Position numbers and translations under genes: made by a program
In this document: positions 17,101 to 27,282 of the stretch, piece after piece
How the letters are laid out: each line of letters starts with the position of its first letter
Numbering within the stretch: position 1 is the stretch's first letter
Virus record (IMG/VR): IMGVR_UViG_3300033562_000573
Coordinates: 5,287-69,286 of that record
Strand: one strand, 5' to 3'
Source of the DNA: a virus
Lineage: Duplodnaviria; Caudoviricetes
Length of the DNA: 64,000 nucleotides
Notes under the pieces: model-generated
Databases searched by the model: none
What the model saw: the letters and a program-made list of their open reading frames with translations, nothing else
Told to the model about the DNA's origin: nothing

Positions 17101-17883
17101 ATGATCACATACCCACAAGAATATTGGCTCATTATTGATATTGGAAAGACTAGAACCTTAGATAAATCTGATTATAATTATTATACTGAATTGCATCATA
17201 TTATACCAAGATCACAAGGTGGTACAAACGACAAAACTAATTTAGTATTATTAACAGCAGTTGAACATTACAATGCCCATAAAATACTAGCATTAGCAAA
17301 TACACAAATTAATTCTATATATTATGCATGGCATATTATGGCATATAATCCATCAAAAAATAATAGTCGTATATATGAAATACAAGCAGAAGAATATGCA
17401 CAACTTCAAGAGATGCAATCAAAATTACAAAGTGGTGTTAAGCACAGTGCTGATAGAAAATTAAAAAATAGCATAGCAATACAAAATAAATGGAAAATTC
17501 CAGTGTATAGAAATGCTATAATAAAGCAATTGAAATTAAATAATACAGGCGTTAAAAATGGTATGTATGGAAAATCACATACCGATGAAGCTAAGAAAGC
17601 AATATCACTAAAAAATTCTGGATATGTACATACAACAGAGTTTTGTGAATTTCAGAGTAATAAACTCAAATTACAATGGAAATCAAGTGAATTTAGACAG
17701 AAATTAATTGATATGAATACAGGAAAACACAACAAACAATCTAAGCGAGTATGTATAGATGGTATTATATATGATAGCGCATCTGATGCATTTAGGGCTA
17801 TATCACCACCATACAAATTGGTAGCATTTTGTAAACGAATAAGATCAACAACCGAAAAATATAAAGAGTGGTATTATTTATGA
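17101..17883 (+). CDS. HNH/NUMOD3 homing endonuclease inserted in the NAD cluster
   Basis: ELHHIIPRSQGGTNDKTNLVLLTAVEHYNAH; GMYGKSHTDEAK. Confidence 0.85.
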   Translation: MITYPQEYWLIIDIGKTRTLDKSDYNYYTELHHIIPRSQGGTNDKTNLVLLTAVEHYNAHKILALANTQINSIYYAWHIMAYNPSKNNSRIYEIQAEEYAQLQEMQSKLQSGVKHSADRKLKNSIAIQNKWKIPVYRNAIIKQLKLNNTGVKNGMYGKSHTDEAKKAISLKNSGYVHTTEFCEFQSNKLKLQWKSSEFRQKLIDMNTGKHNKQSKRVCIDGIIYDSASDAFRAISPPYKLVAFCKRIRSTTEKYKEWYYL

Positions 17884-18509
17884 CACGAGTTGGAATCTAT
17901 GGTGGTGCGTTCAATCCACCACACAGCGGCCATAAGCATGTAGTAAATCATATTCTTGACGAGAATATCGTTGATGAAGTGTGGATTGTTCCTAGCTACC
18001 GTCATTTTCATGGAAAGGAGATGGTATCACACTCTAGCCGTTGCATGATGTGTGAGTTAATGTTTTCTGACATGGACTGTGTTAGAGTGGTTGATATTGA
18101 ATTTACTTTTTCTGATATGTATCCTGATTATGACGGTTCCACCATTCAATTTATGAAACATTTAAGAAAATCCGTTGACAAAGATCCACAGGATTTCTAT
18201 ATTATCATAGGTCAAGATAATGCAGAACATATGGATACATGGAATCGTGGTGATGAATTAATACAGAATGAAAAATTCATCACCGTTCCACGCAAGTATG
18301 AAGCAAAGTCTGAGCTAAACGGCAATGAATGGTATTTGAATGAGCCACACAAATATTTAACTCGTGTTCCTTATTTTAATGCTAGTTCAACTGAAGTTAG
18401 ACATTTATTTTCGTTAGTAAATGAGAATGGTGTTGATGATCGACTAAAAGCATTGCTTGGTCATGATGTATTTGCCTATACCCAATATAACAAACTTTAC
18501 ATGGAGTAA
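17880..18509 (+). CDS. nadD: Nicotinate/nicotinamide-nucleotide adenylyltransferase
   Basis: VGIYGGAFNPPHSGH, IIGQDN, SST. Confidence 0.9.
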   Translation: MTRVGIYGGAFNPPHSGHKHVVNHILDENIVDEVWIVPSYRHFHGKEMVSHSSRCMMCELMFSDMDCVRVVDIEFTFSDMYPDYDGSTIQFMKHLRKSVDKDPQDFYIIIGQDNAEHMDTWNRGDELIQNEKFITVPRKYEAKSELNGNEWYLNEPHKYLTRVPYFNASSTEVRHLFSLVNENGVDDRLKALLGHDVFAYTQYNKLYME

Positions 18510-18511
18510 AT

Positions 18512-19261
18512 ATGAGTGAAGAACTGAAAGACGATCTATCCAATTACAATAAAGATGTATATGAAAAACCATCTGTCACAGTTGATATTGGAATTTGTAG
18601 AATAATTAACAATAAATTGAGTGTATTACTTATCCAACGATCAAAGCCACCTTTTCGTGATCATTGGGCAATTCCTGGTGGATTTTTGGATGTAGGTCGT
18701 ACTGTATGTCATACTACAGGAGTGATCAAAGAACCAGATCCTTCATTAGAATTTGCTGCATTTCGTGAACTTAGTGAAGAGACTTCCGTTAAAGGCGTTC
18801 CTGTTCATCAATTGATGACTTATGGTGATATTAATCGTGATCCTCGTATGCGTGTAATCACTGTTGCATATTTTGCTGTTGTTAATGATGAATTAATGCA
18901 AGGTGTTACTGTTGAAGCTGGTGATGATGCTCGTGAGAATAGTGCTATATGGCATGATATGGATAATCTACCACCTCTTGCATTTGATCATGAACGGATT
19001 TTATCTGATCTTCGTGAACGCATTCAGGGAAGAATCCAATATACCGATTTGGCATTTCAATTTCTTCCAAAGGAATTTACTTGGACTGAATTGCAGAATG
19101 TTTATGAAATTATTTTAAAACGAAAGTTGATCGCATCTAATTTCCGTCGAAAGATTAAAGCTAGTTATAATATTCAAGATTTAAAGAAAACTAAAGAAAC
19201 CGAAGTTGGTAGACCTGCAAAGCTACTATCATACAACGGTCAAAAACCACTATTTTTCTAA
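18512..19261 (+). CDS. nrtR: NrtR-family Nudix-related transcriptional regulator
   Basis: PSVTVD, WAIPGGF, RELSEET, RDPRMRVITVAY, LAFDH; C-terminal wHTH FTWTELQNVYE...NFRRK...GRPAKL. Confidence 0.88.
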   Translation: MSEELKDDLSNYNKDVYEKPSVTVDIGICRIINNKLSVLLIQRSKPPFRDHWAIPGGFLDVGRTVCHTTGVIKEPDPSLEFAAFRELSEETSVKGVPVHQLMTYGDINRDPRMRVITVAYFAVVNDELMQGVTVEAGDDARENSAIWHDMDNLPPLAFDHERILSDLRERIQGRIQYTDLAFQFLPKEFTWTELQNVYEIILKRKLIASNFRRKIKASYNIQDLKKTKETEVGRPAKLLSYNGQKPLFF

Positions 19262-19266
19262 AAAAT

Positions 19267-19291
19267 AAAGACACTGAAAAGTGTCTTTTTT
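19267..19291 (+). terminator. Terminator closing the NAD cluster
   Basis: AAAGACAC-TGAAAA-GTGTCTTTT. Confidence 0.7.
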
Positions 19292-19314
19292 CATTCATAT
19301 TATAAACTAGGTAT

Positions 19315-19737
19315 ATGAATGAAAAAATACTAAAACAATTTATTGATTCCTTTATCACAAAGGAAAATGCTTCATTGATTGAAAGCATACATACAGGTTA
19401 TTCTTGTATATTTGAAGGTTATGCTGATGTGAGAGATATTGAAACAGAAGATGCAGTAACAATGTTTAATAGACAAGCAGCTTATAATAATTCATATGGA
19501 TCAAATCCAGTTTTAGCATTTTTACAACGATCTAGCGAAATATTACAAAATAAATATACCGAAGATCCGAATCCAGAATTAGATTCAATTAGAACCACTA
19601 TTCATTATGAACCAACTGATGATACACAAAGTTATGATAATGATTCATATGAAAATTATTATGAGATGCAAGCGAATAATGAAGATTACGATAATGGATT
19701 TGGTTTAACAAGTAGAGATTTAAAGGATCTTGTATAA
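19315..19737 (+). CDS. Acidic late protein with capsid-targeting-like N-terminus
   Basis: KQF...LIESI...IFE motif; TATAAAC at 19301. Confidence 0.55.
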   Translation: MNEKILKQFIDSFITKENASLIESIHTGYSCIFEGYADVRDIETEDAVTMFNRQAAYNNSYGSNPVLAFLQRSSEILQNKYTEDPNPELDSIRTTIHYEPTDDTQSYDNDSYENYYEMQANNEDYDNGFGLTSRDLKDLV

Positions 19738-19740
19738 TTA

Positions 19741-20064
19741 CTACTCTTTAAATTTGTGTCTATCATCAGGATCATAAAACCATTTAATACCATAATAATC
19801 CATATAATGTATAGACCATCCAGTAGTGGATTTAAATTTACCTAACAGTTGTATACTCTTTTCCGTATTTAGTGCATGCTGACCACTTTTAACTAATGGG
19901 TGATATATTAGTTTATGGCAGGTTGGGCATAAAGGAATTACAACCTTATTTAATGAAGATGGGTTTAATTCTCGTGGTGTAATATGATGGAATTCAATTA
20001 ACGACTTGTTATCGGTTTCATATACGCAGTCTGGAAACCAGCATTTATAGGTAGCTTTATTCAT
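19741..20064 (-). CDS. Small HNH-like protein
   Basis: CWFPDC...EFHHI...LCPTCHKLIY. Confidence 0.65.
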   Translation of the reverse strand: MNKATYKCWFPDCVYETDNKSLIEFHHITPRELNPSSLNKVVIPLCPTCHKLIYHPLVKSGQHALNTEKSIQLLGKFKSTTGWSIHYMDYYGIKWFYDPDDRHKFKE

Positions 20065-20124
20065 AACATAAAAATAATTTTTTATATAACAAAATATGTA
20101 TAAAAAAAGCTATATTCATAAAAA

Positions 20125-20679
20125 ATGAAGGTCATTATGGGTAAAAAATTTGTTATATCTTCTGTCTCTGCATCTGGTAAGACAACATTAGTAAATTTTC
20201 TCTTAACTTCACGTCCTGATATGTATAGATTGAAAACATGTACAACAAGACCAAAACGAGATGAAGAAAACGGAGATGAATATTATTTCTTAACTAAAGA
20301 ATTAGCAGAAGAAAAAATAAAGCAAAATCAATTCGTAGAACATTCAACGGTATATGGAAATGTGTACGGATTGACACGAGAAGAAGTTGAAGATCACAGT
20401 TCATTTAATACAGTTGTGATATTAGATGTCCAAGGTGCGAAGAAATTTAAAACATCATACCCAGATGCCTTAACTATATTTATAGAACCTCCCCCATTAG
20501 ATATTTTAGAATCCAGACTTAGAGAACGAAATACATCAGAGGATGATGTACAGAAACGATTAGCAGAAACAATGGCTGAATTAGAATACATGCCATCTTA
20601 CGATAATATCATTCGGTATGATACCTTGTTTCAAATGAAACGCAAATTCCTACGATATATAGATTTTTATATAAAATAA
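20125..20679 (+). CDS. gmk: Guanylate kinase
   Basis: SASGKTT, TTRPKR.EENG.EYYF, YGNVYG, LDVQGA. Confidence 0.9.
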   Translation: MKVIMGKKFVISSVSASGKTTLVNFLLTSRPDMYRLKTCTTRPKRDEENGDEYYFLTKELAEEKIKQNQFVEHSTVYGNVYGLTREEVEDHSSFNTVVILDVQGAKKFKTSYPDALTIFIEPPPLDILESRLRERNTSEDDVQKRLAETMAELEYMPSYDNIIRYDTLFQMKRKFLRYIDFYIK

Positions 20680-20713
20680 ATTCTTCTTTATTATAAACAT
20701 ATGCATATGGAGA

Positions 20714-21538
20714 ATGTATATGAAAAATAGTAAAGGTCAATTTATCAGACAGTATAAAATATTGAATGAATGTTTATTTAAAACTATAACACCCGAAAGT
20801 GCATGGTTATTAGGAATGTTATCATCAGATGGTAACATTCAAAACAATGTAATACGAATTACACAAAGTGACGATTGTGGTAAAATCAGAATAAATAAAA
20901 TACGAGATATATTTAAATGTGAAAATCCAATTTCTATATATAATCCAATAAAAGGTGCAACGGTTTATACGTTAGCGTTATCATCCAGTATTATAGTTAA
21001 TGATTTAAAATCATATAATGTACTTCCAAATAAAACACTATCATACGAATACCCAATCAATTTGCCTGATAATATGATTCCATTTTTTATTGAAGGTTAT
21101 ATAGAAGGTGATGGAACTATTGGGATATATAAATTTAATGATACTATTAAACGATTAACTGCATTGGTTGTTGGTACTAAATCATTTATAGAAACTATAA
21201 ATACTAAATGTATTATATCTGGTAGAGTTAGAAAAATACCAAATCAAAAAATTTATGAATTGAGATGGACAGGTAAGAAAGCCATTGATATATGTAATTG
21301 GATATACGCAAATCCAATATTTAAACAAAGCAAAAAATATAAAAAATACATTGAATATATTGATACAGTGCATAATATGGACATTAGATATGAAAAATAT
21401 GATAAATTAAAAGAAAAAGCCAAAAAACTCCTAATTGACGGATATTCCGTTAAGGATATAGCAATCCAATTGAATATGCATTTTCAACTTTTATATAAAT
21501 GGAAGAAATTAGGACTATTTGATAAAATACAACCTTGA
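20714..21538 (+). CDS. LAGLIDADG homing endonuclease
   Basis: WLLGMLSSDG and FIEGYIEGDG. Confidence 0.85.
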   Translation: MYMKNSKGQFIRQYKILNECLFKTITPESAWLLGMLSSDGNIQNNVIRITQSDDCGKIRINKIRDIFKCENPISIYNPIKGATVYTLALSSSIIVNDLKSYNVLPNKTLSYEYPINLPDNMIPFFIEGYIEGDGTIGIYKFNDTIKRLTALVVGTKSFIETINTKCIISGRVRKIPNQKIYELRWTGKKAIDICNWIYANPIFKQSKKYKKYIEYIDTVHNMDIRYEKYDKLKEKAKKLLIDGYSVKDIAIQLNMHFQLLYKWKKLGLFDKIQP

Positions 21539-21569
21539 CAAATATGACAGAAGTTTCTATATTATCAAT

Positions 21570-22721
21570 ATGAATACTTTAAACCTAGAAAACTTCTTAC
21601 AACGAGCTAATCTAACCTGCCAACGACAGGATGGATTGATTCTTTTCGACTACAATAAGACAGTCTCATTCACGTTTGACTGGGATTTAATCACCATCAA
21701 TGGTCGTGGAATTGTATTTGAAGAATCAACTGGAAGGATTGTAGCCAGACCATATAAAAAATTTTGGAATGTCGAGGAATTATTTTTTGATAATAACTTG
21801 ACTGATCGTGCTAAGTTACTACCAGTAGAGTACCAACCTAACTTTAAGGGTCGATTCCGTGTGCTTGAAAAAGCTGATGGAAGTTGTGCTGTTGTATATT
21901 TCTACAATGGTGAATGGCATGTAAATACTCGTGGTTCGTTCAAGTCAGATCAAGCGATTTGGGCAAAGGCTTGGATGGATTCGCATATCAGAACCGATTT
22001 GATGAATGTAAAGCATACTTACTTATTCGAAATCATCTATCCTGATAACAGAATCGTAGTTGATTACGGTAACAAGGAATCCCTTGTATTAACTGGAATC
22101 ATCGATACTGAATCGGGTGAAGAATTTGATGTTGATTACTTACAGGCTGAATCTGAAAAGATTGGCTGTGAAATGGTTAAAGTATTTGTGTTCGAAAAGT
22201 TCGAAGATTTGTTCATGACTCGTGATCTTTTGACCGTGAACGAAGAAGGATTTGTTATTACTTTTGATAATGGCTACAAGTGCAAACTGAAAGGTGCCGC
22301 ATACTGTGCTGTTCATAAAAAGATGAATAACCTTACGCCACTTGCTTTTTGGAATGCATTTGATGTTGACGCATTCAAGATGCCAGAGTCATTCTTATCT
22401 GAATTGCCCGAAGAATTTAGAGAAAGTGTGGATGAATTGACTGAAGTAACTGAACGAATGCATAACGAAAGTTATGATCGTTTGAAGGCGTTGGCTTCAA
22501 CTATTCCACAGTTTGAAAGCGATGTGGCTGGTAGAAAGAAACGGTTTGACTACATCACCTTACACATCGAACCTCAAGATGTTGGGTTTGTATTGTCTAT
22601 CTTGAATGGAAATGTAAGAAAGACAAAGGAAAGCATTCATCGTATGGTTCGTCCATTCAAAAACTCATACGATGGTGTTACACTTAACAATAGATTGCAG
22701 AGAATTTTTAGTGAAAGCTGA
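21570..22721 (+). CDS. T4 Rnl1-like RNA ligase
   Basis: RGIVF...VARPYKKFWN, LEKADGS, TRGSF, FEII, EGFV, KLKG; promoter TTGACA-N17-TATATT at 21535. Confidence 0.85.
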   Translation: MNTLNLENFLQRANLTCQRQDGLILFDYNKTVSFTFDWDLITINGRGIVFEESTGRIVARPYKKFWNVEELFFDNNLTDRAKLLPVEYQPNFKGRFRVLEKADGSCAVVYFYNGEWHVNTRGSFKSDQAIWAKAWMDSHIRTDLMNVKHTYLFEIIYPDNRIVVDYGNKESLVLTGIIDTESGEEFDVDYLQAESEKIGCEMVKVFVFEKFEDLFMTRDLLTVNEEGFVITFDNGYKCKLKGAAYCAVHKKMNNLTPLAFWNAFDVDAFKMPESFLSELPEEFRESVDELTEVTERMHNESYDRLKALASTIPQFESDVAGRKKRFDYITLHIEPQDVGFVLSILNGNVRKTKESIHRMVRPFKNSYDGVTLNNRLQRIFSES

Positions 22722-22900
22722 TTCTCTGCTTTCTTTTTGGTTTTTTATATGACAAAAGATGAAAAAGTTTCTATATTACTAGCAAATGGATGGTTAGAAT
22801 ATCATGGGAATACATGGTATAATAAAAAAGAATGGGCTGATGCAGGTTGAACCACATCCATTTGATAAATATCGCCAGAAGGCATTAGAGGAATCTAAAA

Positions 22901-24032
22901 ATGACTGAACAAGAAATTGACCAAAATTTAATTTTTTCATTCGTGCGTGGATCACATGCATACGGATTGAATAATGCTGATAGTGATGAAGATATTGGTT
23001 CCGTAGCACTACCTAATCTTGCTGTTATTACTGGATTTGATTCCTTTGAACAGAAAGATGACTATGTGGATGAAAAGGGTGAAAAGACCGATAAGGTTGT
23101 ATATAATATTATGAAGGCATTGGATTTGATTGAAAATAACAATCCAAACGCTTGACTTTTTGTATGCACCAGATCATTGCATTCGTATGTTACGTCCTGA
23201 ATGGGAAACCATCATGTCTGTGCGAGATCAGTTCCTTTGTAAGAAAGCAAAATGGGCATATCAAGGGTATGCGTTATCTCAATTGAGTAGAATTGAAACC
23301 CATCGTGGTTATCTATTGAATCCAATGAAGAAACCAACTCGTGAACAGTTCAAGTTACCATCTGAAAGTATTTTTCCAGCTAACCAATTGGCAGTTATTG
23401 CTCGGTTGGCAAGTGATTATATTGAAGAACCAAAAATGCAAGATAAATTCTATTCGGATATGTCTGCATTATTTGATCATGAAGGTGCAATTTTGTTTAA
23501 GAAGTATATCAATCGTGATATGACTCATTTTGCAATTGCAGATTTCAAACAGCGTCAGGATGCTTTCTTGCGTACCATTACTAGCGTATCTCAAAAATTC
23601 TTGAAAGATGAATTTCAAGATATTGCTAGACGAGAATTAAAATTCTTAGCGGCTGAAAAGCAATGGACTGATTATAAGCGTTGGGATAAAGAACGTAATC
23701 CAAAGCGTAAGTTGTTGGAACAAAAATGCGGATATGATGCAAAACATGCTGGACATCTTGTTAGACTACTTAAAGTTGGTCTTGAAATTATGGAAGGTAA
23801 AGGCGTTCAGGTTGATAGAACTAATATTGACCGAGACGAATTGTATGAAATCCGTATGGGTAATGTAAAATTTGATATTGTAATGCAGAAAGCAAAGGAT
23901 CTAAACGATGCTATCGAAAATGCATACAAAACAAATAATATTTTACCACTAACGCAAGATCCAAAATTGACACTTGAATTGAAAAAGAATATTGTCAATC
24001 TTATCTTAGCTAAAGGTGATTGGGTTGTATGA
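22901..24032 (+). pseudogene. Pol-beta-superfamily nucleotidyltransferase, split by an apparent frameshift near 23150
   Basis: GSHAYGLNNADSDED in frame 1; NNPN|LDFLY continues in another frame to GYDAKHAGHLVRLL. Confidence 0.7.
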
Positions 24033-24253
24033 GTATCGAAATTCGCATGAATGAAGTGGATATGCCTCCACTTGATAAACAACGGTATCAGAAAAAATGT
24101 GATCGCACAAAATTTTCTGAACCGTGGCATGTACTCGATACCCATACAAATACAGTTGTGTATACAGGTAAAGGTAAGTTTGAAAATGTTGCCATTGCAT
24201 GTCACAACCTAAATAAAAACTATTACCGAGAATTAAACAAAGCCAGTGTATAA
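24020..24253 (+). CDS. Hypothetical protein
   Basis: ORF coupled to the upstream gene. Confidence 0.5.
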   Translation: MGCMSIEIRMNEVDMPPLDKQRYQKKCDRTKFSEPWHVLDTHTNTVVYTGKGKFENVAIACHNLNKNYYRELNKASV

Positions 24254-24267
24254 CTGGCTTTTTTATT

Positions 24268-24645
24268 ATGATACTAACAAAATGTATAAAAAATCCTATC
24301 GAACCATCCGATGGCATTCGAATATCGGTGATGTCATCGCATACGATTGATGGTATTATTCCAGATACAGAAATTACTGAAAATATGTATGATATACATA
24401 TACCAGAATTGTCAGCACCTAATAAATTGTTAGGTGATTATTATAAAAGAGGAATATCCTGGTCAGAATACGAAACCAGATATTTAGAACATATTAGAAC
24501 ACCATATATACAATCGATAATAATTAATATATTATCAAAATATGATATAATTACATTTTTATGTATAGAATCAGATGATTCTATGTGTCATAGACGATTA
24601 TTGAAAGAAGAATGTAATAGGTTAAAAAGAGTGACCTGCTTGTGA
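24268..24645 (+). CDS. DUF488/YeaO-like protein
   Basis: DGIRISVM, PELSAP..LL, W.EYETRYL, LC.E......CHRRLL. Confidence 0.75.
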   Translation: MILTKCIKNPIEPSDGIRISVMSSHTIDGIIPDTEITENMYDIHIPELSAPNKLLGDYYKRGISWSEYETRYLEHIRTPYIQSIIINILSKYDIITFLCIESDDSMCHRRLLKEECNRLKRVTCL

Positions 24646-24996
24646 TTGATTAAATACATAATTTAAACAATCCATACCTTCACTTTCCAAATTCTGTCCA
24701 CCAGACTCACCGCAACAATTTTTCTGATACTTGGGTCCATTACTGCTTAAATTGTATGATGATGGTATATAACCCTTTGCAATAACATCACACCCACCTT
24801 CCTCAAAGAATACAGCACGAGCACTGTTGTTTAATACTTCGTGACTGTCAATTATTTTTCTAGTGCCTACGATCTCTGGGCAATTACATGAGCAGCCACA
24901 ATTATTGCTAAGTGGAGAAGGTGCCTGTTTTAAATAGACAGGTGCTGATGAGCACTGACAATTTATGTTATTAGTATTACAACTTCCACATGACAT
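24622..24996 (-). CDS. Cys-rich hypothetical late protein
   Basis: Many Cys residues; TATAAAC upstream on the minus strand. Confidence 0.5.
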   Translation of the reverse strand: MSCGSCNTNNINCQCSSAPVYLKQAPSPLSNNCGCSCNCPEIVGTRKIIDSHEVLNNSARAVFFEEGGCDVIAKGYIPSSYNLSSNGPKYQKNCCGESGGQNLESEGMDCLNYVFNQSQAGHSF

Positions 24997-25045
24997 AATT
25001 TAATTACCATTATTTACTATAGTTTATAAACTATAGAAAAAGACG

Positions 25046-25375
25046 GTGGTGATTATGACAAATTTTATAAAAACAATATTTAAAGCCATAAATGCTGTAA
25101 AACTAGCATTATTATACGAAAATGATAAGTTATCATCTGGTAGATTGATGGTACATTTTGTGTTTTTAATGCTTAATGTGTTCTGGATATCGACATTTTG
25201 GATCAGTGTTGAAGTTCCATCTTCGATGGAAAATGTATTCTATGCCTTACTTGCCTATGTATTTGGTACTAAGGGTGTAAATATAGCTAAAACAACCGTA
25301 GCCGCTAAAACAGCACAAACAAAACCAGTAGCACAACCAGAACAGAAAACCGCTAATGTAGACTCACCAGACTAA
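25046..25375 (+). CDS. Putative holin
   Basis: Two hydrophobic segments, KLSSGRLM motif, upstream of the endolysin. Confidence 0.6.
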   Translation: MVIMTNFIKTIFKAINAVKLALLYENDKLSSGRLMVHFVFLMLNVFWISTFWISVEVPSSMENVFYALLAYVFGTKGVNIAKTTVAAKTAQTKPVAQPEQKTANVDSPD

Positions 25376-25385
25376 GGAAGTAAAT

Positions 25386-26081
25386 ATGAACTATATAAAA
25401 GATCCAAAAAATATAATAATTGCGTTATTAATAATGTTCGTAATTGGCAGTGGCATATTTGTACAGAAAAAGAAAACAGAGATTGAAACATATCACCGAC
25501 AAGAAATTCATGTATTAGATTCTACATACAAATCTGATAGTGTTGCATTTATGCAAAAATATACATCTTTAGATAGTGTATATAATGTTACTCTACATCA
25601 AAAAGATTCATTATCTGTTAAAGATAGTGTGAATTCAAAGACAACAAAAACATTAATAAAATACATATATAGAGATAGCACAATAGAGATATATGTAGAA
25701 AATACAGAATATGTAGCAGTAACACAAAAAACAATAACATCACTGAAAGACTCTATTTCTAACGGTGAAAAGAAATTAACTGAATTAAATACAGAAATAA
25801 CAACATTGAAGAAACAATTAGCAGTTAAAAAAGTTGATACTGTCACAGTCGATAGTACAAAAACAGTTATTATCGAGCCAGTAGAAAAGAAATTTGTTGT
25901 ATATGGAAATGTATTTGGTAAATCTACCCAAGACATATCACTAGGAGTTGGTGCTGAAGTTGGCGGTGAATACAAAATATTATCACCAATGTATATAGGT
26001 GCATCGATACGAAAAGATGGTGTTTCATCAACTGATGGATATAACGCACTTGTTAAAGTTGGCGTTAAATTTGAATTCTAA
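25386..26081 (+). CDS. Membrane-anchored coiled-coil protein (spanin-like)
   Basis: N-terminal TM segment, coiled coil; sits between holin and endolysin. Confidence 0.4.
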   Translation: MNYIKDPKNIIIALLIMFVIGSGIFVQKKKTEIETYHRQEIHVLDSTYKSDSVAFMQKYTSLDSVYNVTLHQKDSLSVKDSVNSKTTKTLIKYIYRDSTIEIYVENTEYVAVTQKTITSLKDSISNGEKKLTELNTEITTLKKQLAVKKVDTVTVDSTKTVIIEPVEKKFVVYGNVFGKSTQDISLGVGAEVGGEYKILSPMYIGASIRKDGVSSTDGYNALVKVGVKFEF

Positions 26082-26755
26082 TGTTTGCTAATTTGAGGTT
26101 AATTATGGCTATACTAACAAAATTATTTCAATTGTTCTCTGTATTAAAAACTCTATTCGCTTCTAAGTCGGTAGAAAATACAACAGAAACAGTAAAGGAA
26201 GTTGTAGAAACAGTACAACAAGCAATTCAAACACCAGAACCAAAGGTGGTTGATGTAGAGTCACCAGTAATAGAAGTTAAAGAAGAAACAAAAATAGAGG
26301 AAACTATTATGTACACACCAAGCGATAAATGTTATGACTTAATAAAAACATTCGAAGGCTTTAAATCAAAACCTTATAAATGTCCAGCAGGGGTTCCAAC
26401 AATTGGGTATGGTTCTACTTTTTATGAAGATGGAACTAAAGTAAAGATTACTGATGCCCCAATTACAGAAGCTCGTGCAATGGACTTGTTAGGAAATGTC
26501 GTTAATGATTTTTCTAAGCAAGTTAATAAGTTAATTAAAGTGGAAGTCACTCAACATCAATATGATGCCTTAGTTGATTTTGCTTATAATGTAGGTGTGG
26601 GTAATTTAGCTAGTAGTACACTATTAAAAAAATTAAATGCTAAGTTATACGCTGAAACTGCTGAACAATTTCTTCGCTGGAACAAAGCAGGTGGTGTCGT
26701 ACTAGCTGGTTTAACAAAAAGAAGAAATGCTGAAAAAGAATTATTCTTGAGTTAA
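26081..26755 (+). CDS. GH24 lysozyme (endolysin) with N-terminal extension
   Basis: FEGF..KPYKCPAGVPTIGYG, DALVDFAYNVG, GLTKRRNAE. Confidence 0.92.
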   Translation: MFANLRLIMAILTKLFQLFSVLKTLFASKSVENTTETVKEVVETVQQAIQTPEPKVVDVESPVIEVKEETKIEETIMYTPSDKCYDLIKTFEGFKSKPYKCPAGVPTIGYGSTFYEDGTKVKITDAPITEARAMDLLGNVVNDFSKQVNKLIKVEVTQHQYDALVDFAYNVGVGNLASSTLLKKLNAKLYAETAEQFLRWNKAGGVVLAGLTKRRNAEKELFLS

Positions 26756-27190
26756 GTTATCCATATATACTGAATGAATTCCTTCTCGATATGCTGCGTT
26801 GAAAAACTCAGCATATTTTTTTATATACCGTTCTTCGCTACATTTCATGAAAAATTCTCGGTTGTAATTAATCACTGTAGTTTTAAACCATAATTTATCA
26901 ATAACATCAACAGTGAATGGTGTAATCATTAACAAATCTGGATATGTCATTAGTAAATTAGTTTTCTTAGCAAAATTGATGCCTGTGTAATACGCTCTAT
27001 TCAATTGATCTATTAACTGTGTAATCATACGCTTGCTACTATACATATTACCCCATGTGCATCGGAATTCCCATATAGGTGTAAATTCCTCAAACATGAT
27101 ATACATGGATGCCTTGTTGGTATCGAATGTATATGGTTTGTATATAGTATCTTCAGACATATAATCTCCTTTTCTGTAATATAGAAACAT
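26741..27190 (-). CDS. Hypothetical protein with an internal repeat
   Basis: Two similar halves ending LNRAYYTG / FNAAYREG. Confidence 0.55.
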   Translation of the reverse strand: MFLYYRKGDYMSEDTIYKPYTFDTNKASMYIMFEEFTPIWEFRCTWGNMYSSKRMITQLIDQLNRAYYTGINFAKKTNLLMTYPDLLMITPFTVDVIDKLWFKTTVINYNREFFMKCSEERYIKKYAEFFNAAYREGIHSVYMDNLTQE

Positions 27191-27282
27191 ATCGAGTATT
27201 TGTCAATAACAATGTTTGAAGTATTATAAAAAACGTAAAAATAATTATGTAATGATTGTTATTAATTTTGTATATTTAATTT

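Noticed and set aside
22749-22905. Small frameshifted ORF before the nucleotidyltransferase
   Set aside because: Its start coincides with an ATGACA-N17-TATATT promoter-like sequence and has no RBS; more likely regulatory.
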